A stretch of 64,000 nucleotides of DNA. Origin: Macrostomum lignano (Eukaryota). The stretch's first letter is position 1. Every line of letters starts with the position of its first letter. The notes below the pieces were generated by a model. That model searched no databases. It was not told where the DNA came from and saw only the letters and a program-made list of their open reading frames with translations. Below are positions 1 through 13,147 of this stretch, piece by piece. Both the position numbers and the translations under genes were made by a program. The stretch is taken from assembly GCA_002269645.1 (NCBI GenBank), contig NIVC01003195.1:48632-112631 (forward strand). Reading direction: 5' to 3'.

Positions 1-270
1 TCAATGGCATTGTACCATAGACATTTTTAATGAGCTACACTTTGAGAGTGAAGGTTGGGTGTGGGGCCATAGACTATTGTGTATCAATGACATTGTACCA
101 TAGACATTTTTAACGAGCTACACTTTGAGAGTGAGGGCTAGATGTGGGGCCATAGACTATTGTGTATCAATGACATTGTACCATAGACATTTTTAATAAG
201 CTACACTTTGAGAGTGGGTGTTTGGTGTAGGGCCATAGACTATTGTGTATCAATGACATTGTACCATGGA
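1..270. repeat. 83-bp tandem repeat (CCATAGACTATTGTGTATCAATGACATTGTACC...), intronic, cut by the window edge
   Basis: The unit start recurs at 67, 150 and 233. The same unit occurs at 5955-6677. Confidence 0.95.
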
Positions 271-591
271 CATTTCTCACATTTCTCCATAACATTCTCA
301 TAACATTTCTCTAGCAAAAGTTCAGCGCCAACGCACAGACTCTTGGACGACTCTATCGCGACTCTTTCACAATTCTATAACTCGCGTGACGCGCTTGCGT
401 CGCAACAGTCACCTCTCCGTCGCATTACACGCGTTTTGAGTCGTTAAAAAGTCACAAGAGTCGCCCATAGTCGCTAGAGTCACTAGTGAGCTGTTTGCAA
501 CAACTTAGCAATTCTTGTGACGGTATCGTTTTCAACGGGCAGGATTACCAGTACAGATATGCCAATAAAGCATAAATAATCTCTCTCCTAC

Positions 592-3500
592 CTGAACCGG
601 AAGCTGCTGTGCCGTTGCTTGAACAAGCCGGCCTTGGCTTTCATTACGCGGGCCTCCGTGCCTTTGTTTAGCCTGAGAAAATGACAGCAATAGTTTTTTG
701 CATTGCTATATGCTATTGCTCAAAGTTCACTCACAAGTTGCTCAAATCACTCTCACAAGTTGCTAAAACCTCATTCACAAATTGCTCAAATCACTCTCAC
801 AAGTTGCTCAAATCACTCTCACAAATTTCTCAAACCTCATTCACAAATTTCTCAAACCTCATTCACAAATTGCTCAAATCACTCTCACAAGTTGCTCAAA
901 TCACTCTCACAAGCTGCTCAAATCACTCTCACAAGTTGCTCAAATCACTCTCACAAATTTCTCAAATTTCACCCACAAATTGCTCAAATCTCATTAACAA
1001 ATTGCTCAAATCTCATCCCATGTTGCTCAAATCTCACTCACAAATTGCTCAAATCTCATCCCATGTTGCTCAAATCTCACCCACAAATTGCTCAAATATC
1101 GTCCCATGTTTCTCAAACCCCACCCACAAATTGCTCATATCTCACCCACAAATTTCTCAAATCTCACCCAAAAATTGCTCAAATCTCACCCACAAATTGC
1201 TCAAATCTCACTTACAAATTGCTCAAATCTCATCCCATATTGGTCAAATCTCATCCTATGTTGCTCAAATCTCACACACAAATTGCTCAAATCTCACTCA
1301 CAAATTGCTTAAATCTCACTCACAAATTGCTCAAATCTCACTCACAAATTGCTCAAATCTCACCCACAAATTGCTCAAATCTCACTTACAAATTGCTCAA
1401 ATCTCACTTACAAATTGCTCAAATCTCATCCCATATTGATCAAATCTCATCCTATGTTGCTCAAATCTCACACACAAATTGCTCAAATCTCACTCACAAA
1501 TTGCTTAAATCTCACTCACAAATTGCTCAAATCTCACTTACAAATTGCTCAAATCTCACTTACAAATTGCTCAAATCTCACTTACAAATTGCTCAAATCT
1601 CATCCCATATTGCTCAAATCTCATCCCCTGCTGCTCAAAACTCATCCCATGTTGCTCAAATCTCATTTACAAATTGCTCAAATCTCATCCCATATTGCTC
1701 AAATCTCATCCCATGCTGCTCAAAACTCATCCCATGTTGCTCAAATCTCATTTACAAATTGCTCAAATCTCACTTACAAATTGCTCAAATCTCATCCCAT
1801 ATTGCTCAAATCTCATCCCCTGCTGCTCAAAACTCATCCCATGTTGCTCAAATCTCATTTACAAATTACTCAAATCTCACTTACAAATTGCTCAAATCTC
1901 ATCCCATGTTGCTCAAATCTCGTCCCATGTTGCTCAAATCTCATCCCATGTTGCTCAAATCTCGTCCCATGTTGCTCAAATCTCATCCCATGTTGCTCAA
2001 ATCTCACACACAAGTTGCTCAAATCTCACTCACAAATTGCTTAAATCTCACTCACAAATTGCTCAAATCTCTTGCACAAATTTCTCAAATCTCATCCCAT
2101 GTTGCTCAAATGTCACCCAATGCTACTATAATCCCATGATTTCGTTGCTCAAGTCTCAACCCCAAGTTTGTGAAAACCTTAAAAGCCTTATTTGCAAGAC
2201 ACTGATTGAGCAGTCATGAACCGCAGAACTGGAACTCACGTATAGAACATCTGCTGCTCGAGAGACCAGGCCCACAGAGCTGAGGCGGCTGCCCGACTCT
2301 CGCATTTGAAGCCAAGCAGGTGACGCTTCTGACAGTGCAGGGGCGAGGGGCGGGGGATGTGCATGTAAGTAAATAGCTCATTGAGCTAACTTGAGGGCCT
2401 TTCTTAATCTCCGCAAACAGACCACTTTTGCAGGCTGACATACAAGCGTAAAATAGGCTACCGGGGGCTTTAGGGGAGATTCCTAAATGACAGTTTTGAG
2501 GGGCGATTCCTAATTGACAGTTTTGAGGAGCGATTCCTAATTGACAGTTTTGAGGAGCGATTCCTAAATAGCAGTTTTGAGGAGCGATTCCTAATTGACA
2601 GTTTTGATGGGCGATTCCTAATTGACAGTTTTGAGGAGCGATTCCTAATTGACAGTTTTGAGGGGCGATTCCTAATTGACAGTTTTGAGGGGCGATTTCT
2701 AAATGGCAGTTTTGAGGGGCGATTCCTAATTGACAGTTTTGAGGGGCGATTCCTAAATGGCAGTTTTGAGGGGCGATTCCTAAATGGCAGTTTTGAGGGG
2801 CGATTCCTAAATGGCAGTTTTGAGGAGCGATTCCTAATTGACAGTTTTGAGGGGCGATTCCTAAATAGCAGTTTTGAGGAGCGATTCCTAATTGACAGTT
2901 TTGAGGGGCGATTCCTAATTGACAGTTTTGAGGAGCGATTCCTAATTGACAGTTTTGAGGGGCGATTCCTAATTGACAGTTTTGAGGGGTGATTTCTAAA
3001 TGACAGTTTTGAGGGGCGATTTCTAAATGGCAGTTTTGAGGGGCGATTCCTAATTGACAGTTTTGAGGGGCGATTCCTAAATGGCAGTTTTGAGGGGCGA
3101 TTCCTAAATGGCAGTTTTGAGGGGCGATTCCTAAATGGCAGTTTTGAGGGGCGATTCCTAATTGACAGTTTTGAGGGGCGATTCCTAAATGGCAGTTTTG
3201 AGGGGCGATTCCTAAATGGCAGTTTTGAGGGGCGATTCCTAAATGGCAGTTTTGAGGGGCGATTCCTAAATGGCAGTTTTGAGGGGCGATTCCTAAATGA
3301 CAGTTTTGAGGGGCGATTCCTAAATGGCAGTTTTGAGGGGCGATTCCTAATTGACAGTTTTGAGGGGCGATTCCTAAATGGCAGTTTTAAGGGGCGATTC
3401 CTAATTGACAGTTTTGAGGGGCGATTCCTAAATGGCAGTTTTGAGGGGCGATTCCTAAATGGCAGTTTTGAGGGGCGATTCCTAAATGGCAGTTTTGAGG

Positions 3501-4707
3501 GGCGATTCCTAAATGGCAGTTTTGAGGGGCGATTCCTAATTGACAGTTTTGAGGGGCGATTCCTAAATGGCAGTTTTGAGGGGCGATTCCTAAATGGCAG
3601 TTTTGAGGGGCGATTCCTAAATGGCAGTTTTGAGGGGCGATTCCTAAATGGCAGTTTTGAGGGGCGATTCCTAATTGACAGTTTTGAGGGGCGATTCCTA
3701 AATGGCAGTTTTGAGGGGCGATTCCTAAATGACAGTTTTGAGGGGCGATTTCTAAATGGCAGTTTTGAGGGGCGATTCCGTTTTTATGGTAATTTAATTA
3801 GATGGGAGCATTTTGTTATATTAATAATAACGCAGCAATTTTGACAAAATACGACTTAATAATATAGGAGCAGGGTGGTATTTTCAGTGGATGCAAACTT
3901 TTTAAATTTGCTGACATCAAACAACACCGTGACAAGTAAATAAGGTAAAGCATTTTTACACGCAAACTGTGCAAAAAACATATTTAACTTAATAACTGGC
4001 AATATAACAAACATTTAACGGTTGCAGCTTAAGTCTAAGCAAATTAACCTGTGCTAACTACTCGCGATAGTAATAGTAGTAGTAAGTAGTAGTATAAGCA
4101 TCGCAAAGGGAACAAATACTCAATCAACTAGTCCATTCTAACAAAACAAATTAAGACACACTGAAGACAGTCGTGCATTTCCGCTACTGAAATTATGCTT
4201 TTTAAGAGTTTTAAAGATAGAATTGAAAAAATGTCTTTAGCGCTACTAATTAGTAGGCGAAAAGTAGTCTGATTAAGAAATTTCGGATAATAATATAAAC
4301 AGTGCCCACACAGCAGATAGGTATAGGGGCGGGCAGAGTAAAATGCATCCAGAAAACGGTAACAACACAGAGTGCAATTGGCGCGCTGGTTCGCACAGCC
4401 CTACCGTTACGAAGGCCAATGACAGCTTGGGCTAAAAATACGCGCGTTTAGAAATCAGTAAATACGAATTTTGATTAAAAAAATGAGAATTCAGTAATCA
4501 TTCTATGCGAAAAAAATTTCAATAACGCCCGCACAGGAAGAACGCCACGTTTTGAAACGAAACAACTAATAATGAAGCTTAGGAACTCAGACAAATATCA
4601 CGCGAATCAACGGGACAGGATTCCTTTAAATATGGAATGCAATTCTATTAGTTATTATATGGCAGGTAGAATTTAGTGAAGGAAAAGATAATTAGACAAA
4701 CAAAAGC

Positions 4708-4754
<47 letters not shown>

Positions 4755-7700
4755 AAGACAGACAGACACACACACACAGACAGACACAGACACTAATACA
4801 GACCCTAATACCCTAATACTGACACTAATACAGACCATAGTAGCCTAATACAGACGCTAATAGACACTAATACAGACACTAGTACCCTAATACAGACACT
4901 AATAGACACTAATACAGACACTAATATAGACACTAATACAGACCCTAATACCATAATACAGACACTAATAGACACTAATACAGACACTAATAGACACTAA
5001 TACAGACACTAATAGACACTAATACAGACACTAATAGACACTAGTGCAGACACTAATACAGACACTAATACAGACCCTAATACCCTAATGCAGACACTAA
5101 TACAGACCCTAATACCCTAATGCAGGTACATACACTCTAAGCCGCACTTTGAACCAAACAGACAGAGATAATACTATACAGACTTAAGCAGACAGACATG
5201 CAACAGGTGGTCAAAGAAAATGGCAGGTAAAATACTGAGCGTAAAACAAGCAACCAATGCAAACATAGACAATGCTTTACCCATCAAAGGAAATAAAAAA
5301 CTATAAGTCGTATTCAGCTAGATGAGGTAGCTGAGTCCAGTTGCTGGCTGCATCAAAAAGAGGAAGAGCTTGCAGCTGAGCAGTCGAGAGAATAGAGAGA
5401 CAGAGAGGACAGTGACACGGGCATCGGAGGACAAGACGCAGACAGACAGTTAAAGAGGGACTTCTTGAACCCAAACAATCTGCCCGAAGCGCCCTCTGCC
5501 CCCACCCCTTATAAAAACGAAACAAGAGTAGACATAGCAGACAGTGAGCTGCAACTGCAGCATAGAGATGGACAGCCTAAAGCGGTGGGTGGGCGGCCTA
5601 CTGCCGACTCTGAACTACTCTGAACCATTGAGCACTAATATTTCTTATCTAGAAAGCGGTAAAAGACAGGTATATAGAAATTGCACTGACTAGATATAGA
5701 AATGAAGCGGTAGAGTGAGAGAGAACCCGAGAATGAATATTCATGCATAATAGTTCGTGCCTTTAAAGCCATTTATATAGCAAAAAACCCGAGAGGGTGT
5801 CCTTAGCATAAGAAAAATCTGGAGCCGAATCTAGGCTCACTGCCTCACTAGCGTCTTTTTTCGTTTTTTTCTCAACACAGCTTCATCACAGCTTTTATAA
5901 GTGTGCTAATGAAATAATCAGAGGATGGGTAGCGGGCAAAGTCCACGCTTGAGACCATAGACTATTGTGTATCAATGACATTGTACCAAAGACATTTTAA
6001 TGAGCTACACTTTAAGAGTGAGGGTTGGGTGTGGGGCCATAGACTATTGTGTATCAATGACATTGTACCATAGACATTTTGTCTAAGCTACACTTTGAGA
6101 GTGAGTGTTGGGTGTGGGCCATAGACTATTGTGTATCAATGACATTGTACTGGTACCATAGACATTTTGACTTAGCTACACTTTGAGAGTGAGGGCTGGG
6201 TGTGGGGCCATAGACTATTGTGTATCAATGGCATTGTACCATAGACATTTTTAATGAGCTACACTTTAAGAGTGAGGGTTGGGTGTGGGCCATAGACTAT
6301 TGTGTATCAATGGCATTGTACCATAGACATTTTTAATGAGCTACACTTTAAGAGTGAGGGTTGGGTGTGGGGCCATAGACTATTGTGTATCAATGACATT
6401 GTACCAAAGACATTTTTAATGAGCTACACTTTAAGAGTGAGGTTTGGGTGTGGGGCCATAGACTATTGTGTATCAATGACATTGTACCATAGACATTTTT
6501 AATGAGCTACACTTTGAGAGTGAGGGCTGGGTGTGGGGCCATAGACTATTGTGTATCAATGGCATTGTACCATAGACATTTTGTCTAAGCTACACTTTGA
6601 GAGTGAGGGCTGGGTGTGGGCCATAGACTATTGTGTATCAATGACATTGTACCATAGATATTTTTAATGAGCTACAGTGTGTGATTGAGGGTTGAGTGTG
6701 GGGGAGAAGCCCCCAATCTATACCATGGACGATTTTTGTTTTTTATAAATAAACTGTGGGCCGCTTTCATGGGGTTAATGATACGAGTTTTGGCCATAGA
6801 GAGTCATCAACAAGTTTTCGTGCGTGCTTTCTCTGCCGCTCAATTAGCGGGCGTCAATGGGTCTGTAGCAATTAACAGGCACATTTGTAGGTGCGCCAGG
6901 CAAAAACGTCAATGTTAGAATAACAAAATAAGCTTTATGGCCGAGACCCTTCCTTATAGAAGATGTGGATATACTCGCACAATCATATAAATTAGTGGAT
7001 TTTGAAACTACTGAATGAAAACATGAGCTCATCTGGCGTTCTAAGCGTGCCCTTATACTATAAGTTATAGTTATTTTATACGGCTTAAAATATCAATTTA
7101 GTAGGATAATTAAATGACAATAACACAGCTGTTTTTTACCTTGTATTTGAAATCAGTGGAGTTGGTCAATTCCTGGTCAGGTTAAAAAGTGCAATACACA
7201 GTGTTGGTTAATTAGTATCATTATTTTTACTATTGATTATTTGCTAACATTGCCAATATAGTTAATGTATTTTAATTTCTCAAAACGTTAGCAGGTTACA
7301 AACAAGAAGGCTCGTAAATTGAATGTCTTGTTAACTACGGTAACTAATATTTTAAATACGTTTATGTAAACACTATTAATAAACTAATTAATTGTTAACA
7401 GACAGATAGCTGGTACGGCGGAAGCAAATATCTACAGATCTATAATTATTACACACTGCCAGATAGACTAATAAGCTTACTGACAAAGGCTTACCTCTCG
7501 GCTCAGGTTAACATCCAGCAGCAGCATTTTATCGTTGAACTGGATGCTGTTCACGTTCTCCCTGAATAATGCAAAGAATTGCCATTGGCATTATTAACCA
7601 ACTGATTTCAACATTTCTACATTTCCCTATCAATCATTTCAACAAATCTCTCAATCAAACAAACAAACAGACATATCAACTGATCAATCAATCAACAAGA

Positions 7701-10700
7701 ATTACTAACCGACAAATCAATTGATCAAACTAACTGAGGTATCAATCAATCAATCAAACTAACGAAATCATCAATTGATCAATCGATCAAACTAACTGAG
7801 GCATCAATCAATCAATCAATCAAACTAACAAAATCATCAATTGATCAATCGATCAAACTAACTGAGGCATCAATCAATCAATCAATCAAACTAACAAAAT
7901 CATCAATTGATCAATCGATCAAACTAACTGAGGCATCAATCAATCAATAAATCAAACTAAGAGGCACCAAGCAATCAAACTAAATTATCAATTGATCGAT
8001 CAATAAAACTAACGCAGGCATCAATCAAATAAACTAACTGAATCTTAGTCAATCAATCAAACTAACAGGCATCAATCTATCAATCAAACTAACAGGATTT
8101 TCAGCATATGGAAAACACAGATGACATCGATATCTTACCAGGGAAATGAGTGGGTGAGCCTGCTACCGTGAAATGTGACAATGGCATTGTGCGCCAGGCC
8201 CAAATGCAGAGTGTTTCCATTGCGATCCTGACAATGAAAAAGCAGCACAGCCAAAATTAGCGGTTTTTTTTATATTTCCAATTGGAATTAAACGACAATG
8301 ACCCTATGTATACACATAATATTTTACCTAATCGTAAAAACTAACTGCCGCAATAAAAAACCTGTAATTCTGATAAAAGTTGCAAAAATACAGACAACCT
8401 TAGTTGACCCTTCCTCAATTCCTTATCAATACGCAAACAGAGTGTCAAAGCCAAACCAAACTAAGGCATTAAATGAATGTAAATAGCGTGCTCAATATGT
8501 GACTGAATTCTATTCTCTGTTATCAATATTCATTCGATAATTCAATACCCCTTATCTGTACGTAAAAAAGCAGGAATAAAGCTCTTAAAAGTTAATAAAT
8601 TAGCTGGCTTACCCTGACGGGTTTCGGATCGATGCCATACGTGTCCAAGGAGAACGCCTTGCTTAGAAACATGGCCTCAACCTCCTGCACACTCTTGCCT
8701 CTGCGGATAGGAACAGGCAGGGGTGAACTTAGTTCGAGTGTCTCCGACTCTGCATGGGCCTCAGTAGGGGAGATTTCAGACACTGGCAAAGTCTCAGGGG
8801 GAGATTTCAGACACTGGCTCAGTTTCAGGGGGAGATTTCAGACACTGGCAAAGTCTCAGGGGGAGATTTCAGACACTGGCAAAGTCTCAGGGGGGAGATT
8901 TCAGACACTGGCTCAGTCTCAGGGGGAGATTTCAGACACTGGCTCAGTTTCAGGGGGAGATTTCAGACACTGGCTCAGTTTCAGGGGGAGATTTCAGACA
9001 CTGGCAAAGTCTCAGGGGGGAGATTTCAGACACTGGCTCAGTCTCAGGGGGAGATTTCAGACACTGATTCAGTTTCAGGGGGAGATTTCAGACACTGATT
9101 CAGTTTCAGGGGGAGATTTCAGACACTGATTCAGTTTCAGGGGGAGATTTCAGACACTGATTCAGTTTCAGGGGGAGATTTCAGACACTGGCTCAGTTTC
9201 AGGGGGAGATTTCAGACACTGGCTCAGTTTCAGGGGGAGATTTCAGACACAGGCAAAGTCTCAGGGGGGAGATTTCAGACACTGGCTCAGTTTCAGGGGG
9301 AGATTTCACACACTGGCTCAGTCTCAGGGGGGAGACTTCAGAAACTGGCTCAGTCTCAGGGGGAGAATCTCGTGGGGGAGATTTCAGACACTGGCTCAGT
9401 CTCAGGGTGGAGATTCGCCAACTGTAGCAGCAATTGCTGACACCTCAAAACACGGCTCACTTCAAGTTCCTGTGCTCCTCATAGATTCGAGTCTCAATTT
9501 TAGGCGTCTGGTTGTGAATGAGAGTGACTCCGGACAGGTAGGCGTTCTCCTCGTAGTCCTCAATTTCATCAAAGTCGCCAAACTCGGCTGCAATAAATAA
9601 GTAATGCGAGGTGGACTTCAGGATATCTTCTAATAATAAAATTACTTCTAATAATAAATGACAGTAAGAATTCCCAACTGCTCAAATACACAATGTAAGC
9701 TATAGTATTCCCAACTGCTCAAATACACAATGTCAGCTATAGTATTCCCAACTGCTCAAATACAAAATGTCAATCAATACATTATTCCGAACAGATTGTC
9801 CTCAAACACAGAAATTTTACACCAGAGACTATGCGTTAGTACTTCGGTATGCTCAAACTCAAACTCACCCTGAACTATGCAGGCAGCCAGAAAGATGACG
9901 TCATTAGAGGAGACACTGTACAGGCGGGCGTGAAGCAAGTCGCGCTTTAGCTGGCAGAATAGCAGGTACCTGGCAAAATACAAGGCAAAAATTAGTACAA
10001 CATGTACTAATAACTAATAGAAAGTGATATATATTGAGTGCACTCACTTGGACAGCTCCTGCTTCAAATTGTCGGTAGGGTGCGGCGGATAGTGCTTCAC
10101 GCGAAACGTGACCACGATAGGGGACAGGTCTGCAAGACGATAGAAGGGACACTAGCAGCTTAGTCCAAACCATTCGCTTAGGCGCTAAATGGCTAGCTAA
10201 AAGGTTTTATTGCTTACGCTTGAGCTGCTTGTAGGCAGGAAGTCCGTTCTCCAGCCATCGCTGCAAGAAAATTTGTAACTTAGCTTTATATGTTTTATAG
10301 GGCTGCCCAGCAACTGAGGATCTAGGAGGCTGGCCTAGAAACTGAGGATCTGGGAGACTGGCCTAGAAACTGAGGATCTAGGAGGCTGGCCTAGAAACTG
10401 AGGATCTAGGAGGCTGGCCTAGAAACTGAGGATCTGGGAGACTGGCCTAGAAACTGAGGATCTAGGAGGCTGGCCTAGAAACTGAGGATCTAGGAGGCTG
10501 GCCTAGAAACTGAGGATCTAGGAGGCTGGCCTAGAAACTGAGGATCTGGGAGACTGGCCCAGCAACTGAGGATCTGGGAGGCTGGCCCAGCAACTGAGGA
10601 TCTAGGAGGCTGGCCTAGAAACTGAGGATCTGGGAGACTGGCCCAGCAACTGAGGATCTGGGAGGCTGGCCCAGCAACTGAGGATCTAGGAGGCTGGCCT

Positions 10701-11373
10701 AGAAACTGAGGATCTGGGAGACTGGCCCAGCAACTGAGGATCTGGGAGGCTGGCCCAGCAACTGAGGATCTAGGAGGCTGGCCTAGAAACTGAGGATCTG
10801 GGAGACTGGCCCAGCAACTGAGGATCTGGGAGGCTGGCTTAGAAACTGAGGATCTGGGAGGCTGGCTTAGAAACTGAGGATCTGGGAGGCTGGCTTAGAA
10901 ACTGAGGATCTGGGAGGCTGGCTTAGAAACTGAGGATCTGGGAAGAGTGAAACAGAGATAAAGCAAACTCACCCGCTGCTGATCATCGCTGCGATACCTC
11001 AAGCCAAAATAGTCCTTCTCTTGCAGGTTGCCAATTACTTCGCACACCTTTTCGAAAATACCCTCGCCGAAAGTGTCCACCTGGTTGAAATTATTGATAA
11101 ATATTTTATCATTTCTTCTTATGATAAGTATTTGGTTCATTTTTAGTACAGTACAAGCAATTTATTGAGTAAAATTCAACTTTTACTATTATGCACAGAG
11201 TATAATAGAATAAATATACTTGATTTTAATGTTTATTAAAGAAAACCACTTACATGAAACTTGAACTCTAAAGGCTTGTCCTCATGCAGAAGGCTAACTA
11301 TGCACTGGAACTCTCCAATAGATTCTTCTTTCTTTTTGGTTGGCAGGTGCAACTTTTTCAATAATGATGGCAT
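592..11373 (-). CDS. FERM (band 4.1) domain protein, FRMD3/FRMD5-like, 3' incomplete. Exons (minus): 11254-11373, 10973-11080, 10218-10260, 10048-10129, 9869-9969, 9461-9587, 8613-8700, 8139-8227, 7495-7561, 2240-2328, 592-672; continues beyond base 1
   Basis: All 11 exons have GT/AG ends with compatible phases. The spliced product reads MPSLLKK..FQCIVSLLHED / FEKVCEVIGNLQEKDYFGLRY / RWLE / FRVKHYPPHP / YLLFCQLKRDLLHARLY..LAACIVQAEFGDFD / FLSKAFSLDTYGIDP / LGFKCESRAAASALWAWSLEQQMFYT / SSFRFS. These are the FERM-N, -M, -C and FERM-adjacent motifs. Subfamily assignment is from recalled similarity only. Confidence 0.92.
700..2112. repeat. Degenerate ~21-22-bp minisatellite (CAAATTGCTCAAATCTCACTCA) filling a FERM intron
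   Basis: Direct tandem copies. All long + strand ORFs here are translations of the repeat. Confidence 0.95.
2485..3778. repeat. 27-bp minisatellite (TTTTGAGGGGCGATTCCTAAATGGCAG), about 48 copies, intronic
   Basis: Direct tandem copies. Confidence 0.97.
4706..5125. repeat. (GACA)n tract followed by GACACTAATA-type short repeats
   Basis: Visible periodicity. Confidence 0.9.
5955..6677. repeat. 83-bp tandem repeat, about 8-9 copies, same family as 1-270
   Basis: Direct tandem copies. Confidence 0.95.
7640..8095. repeat. ATCA-rich degenerate repeat (ATCAATCAATCAAACTAAC...), intronic
   Basis: Visible periodicity between FERM exons. Confidence 0.85.
8760..9410. repeat. 31-bp minisatellite (GGGGAGATTTCAGACACTGGCTCAGTTTCAG), intronic
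   Basis: Direct tandem copies with variable G-run length. Confidence 0.95.
10305..10942. repeat. 28-bp minisatellite (GAGGATCTAGGAGGCTGGCCTAGAAACT), intronic
   Basis: Direct tandem copies. Shares a 25-nt core with 58780-59175. Confidence 0.95.
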
Positions 11374-12969
11374 TTTATATTATAAATATATATTTCAGAT
11401 CTATTGACATGCAAATAAAATAGACTCAATTCTAAAATAAAGCAAAAAAATTGTATCTATGAATAATATAGCTTTCTTGGTAACAAATATCATCATACTA
11501 CCTTGTATATATTTAAATATATAACAAAGATAAAATGTATCAATTGACAATTACCTACTTAGGCTATAAAAAAGGATACATTGAAATAAATTGCCTTATA
11601 TAATAAAAATCATGATAAAAAAGCCTCAAGATTATTATGGCTATATTTAGAATCAAACTAAGGCTTATGATTACTATATCTAGAATAGATTAAACTAGCA
11701 TTTAAAATAAAATAATATATTCATATTTTATATACATATTAATATATATATATATTTATACCTTTAAACTTAAACTTTTAATGCCTTATTTCAAAAGTGT
11801 TATTAAGTATAACAATTTTATATAATGATATAAATATATAGGTTTCTAAATATAACTTATATAATATAAGAATAATGAAATATTCTTGTATTAAATAAAA
11901 ATAAGGTACATACATACATATTATACTATTTGCTGTAAGATTTCGTATAAAGTTAAAAAATTGAAACATAGCAGAAAGCATCATTTTATATTAGATTAAT
12001 TTAATCTAAATATAGGTAATTCTATAATAATTTAGAAAAGTTAATGAAAATGGGAATAAAATAATGCAAGATCATAAAACTTGACTAAGTCAAGTGAGCT
12101 ACCTCTTGCCACAAACAGTGAAAAAGTTTTCGAATACAGACAAATGTATTCTGACTATTGTATAGTTTAGGCCTATTGCCCTATTGAAAATTTGAAAATA
12201 TTGACTAACTAAATTAATTACTTAAACTTTTAAAGTAAAGATGCCTAACTTTCAAACACAATCAGATTACAATGTATTCAATATAGTTACAGATGTAAAA
12301 TTTATTGAAAAATCAACAACAAGTTCAACTGTTAAAAGCTAAGAAATAGCAATAAACAAAAGCAATAAACTAGTATTCAGTAAGAACTACAATATTCAAT
12401 CAATCACTATCAATGTCGTATCAATAACTAATGCCAAGTATGTTAAAAATAAATATCTCATACAAGTCACCAATGAAGCTAAAGCCTTACTCTACATCGA
12501 ATGAAAAAACAGATCTTAATGATACTATATTATAATGAATCATATTAATAACTGCAGGACAGTAGTGCAGTACAGTATAAATATGAATAAATAACAGTTT
12601 CAAGAGGAAATCGAATAATTGATTCTTCGATAACACAGGACCGAAACATATTACTTGAAGCTAAGATTTATCACAAAATAGTTTAAAGTCATAGTTTTTG
12701 TCAATACAAAGGTTTTATATTATAGAAAGTTTAACTGATTTTTACAGTATTGTTTAAATAATTTATAAGAAAAAAGCTCGGAAGAAGCACAAAAGTTTGT
12801 TTCTTACAATTCACGACCCTGTCGACTTTTGTCCACAGAAGTTAAAACAGTGGTTCGACAGTGCAATATTAAGATACTCGTCGTACTCTTCCTATTGATA
12901 AAAGTTATATACATAGCTCGATTTAGATATTTTTTAAACCTGTAAATCAGTAAGAACTAATTCAAAGTC

Positions 12970-13147
12970 GGCGACGTCGGTCGATATTTTCCACCTCTAT
13001 CGACATCGCCGAAAAATATGAACTTATTACAACACAGACGCTCAGCCAATGTATGATTTCGTTATCCTTTGATGTAATGGAAACGTACATATTTGTCAGC
13101 GACGTCGATAGACGTCGGAAATGTAGGTCGATTTGTCACCGACGTCA
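12970..13147. repeat. Imperfect inverted repeat / hairpin (possible old MITE)
   Basis: 12986-13020 (ATTTTCCACCTCTATCGACATCGCCGAAAAATATG) pairs with 13088-13122, whose reverse complement is ATTTCCGACGTCTATCGACGTCGCTGACAAATATG. Confidence 0.6.

Noticed and set aside
681-2219. Long + strand ORFs (up to 478 aa, KLLKSH/QIAQIS repeats)
   Set aside because: They are translations of an intronic minisatellite, open in several frames and antisense to the FERM gene.
8632-9129. ORFs with GGDFRH / QGEISDT repeats
   Set aside because: They are readings of the 31-bp intronic repeat. Only 8613-8700 on the minus strand is a real exon.
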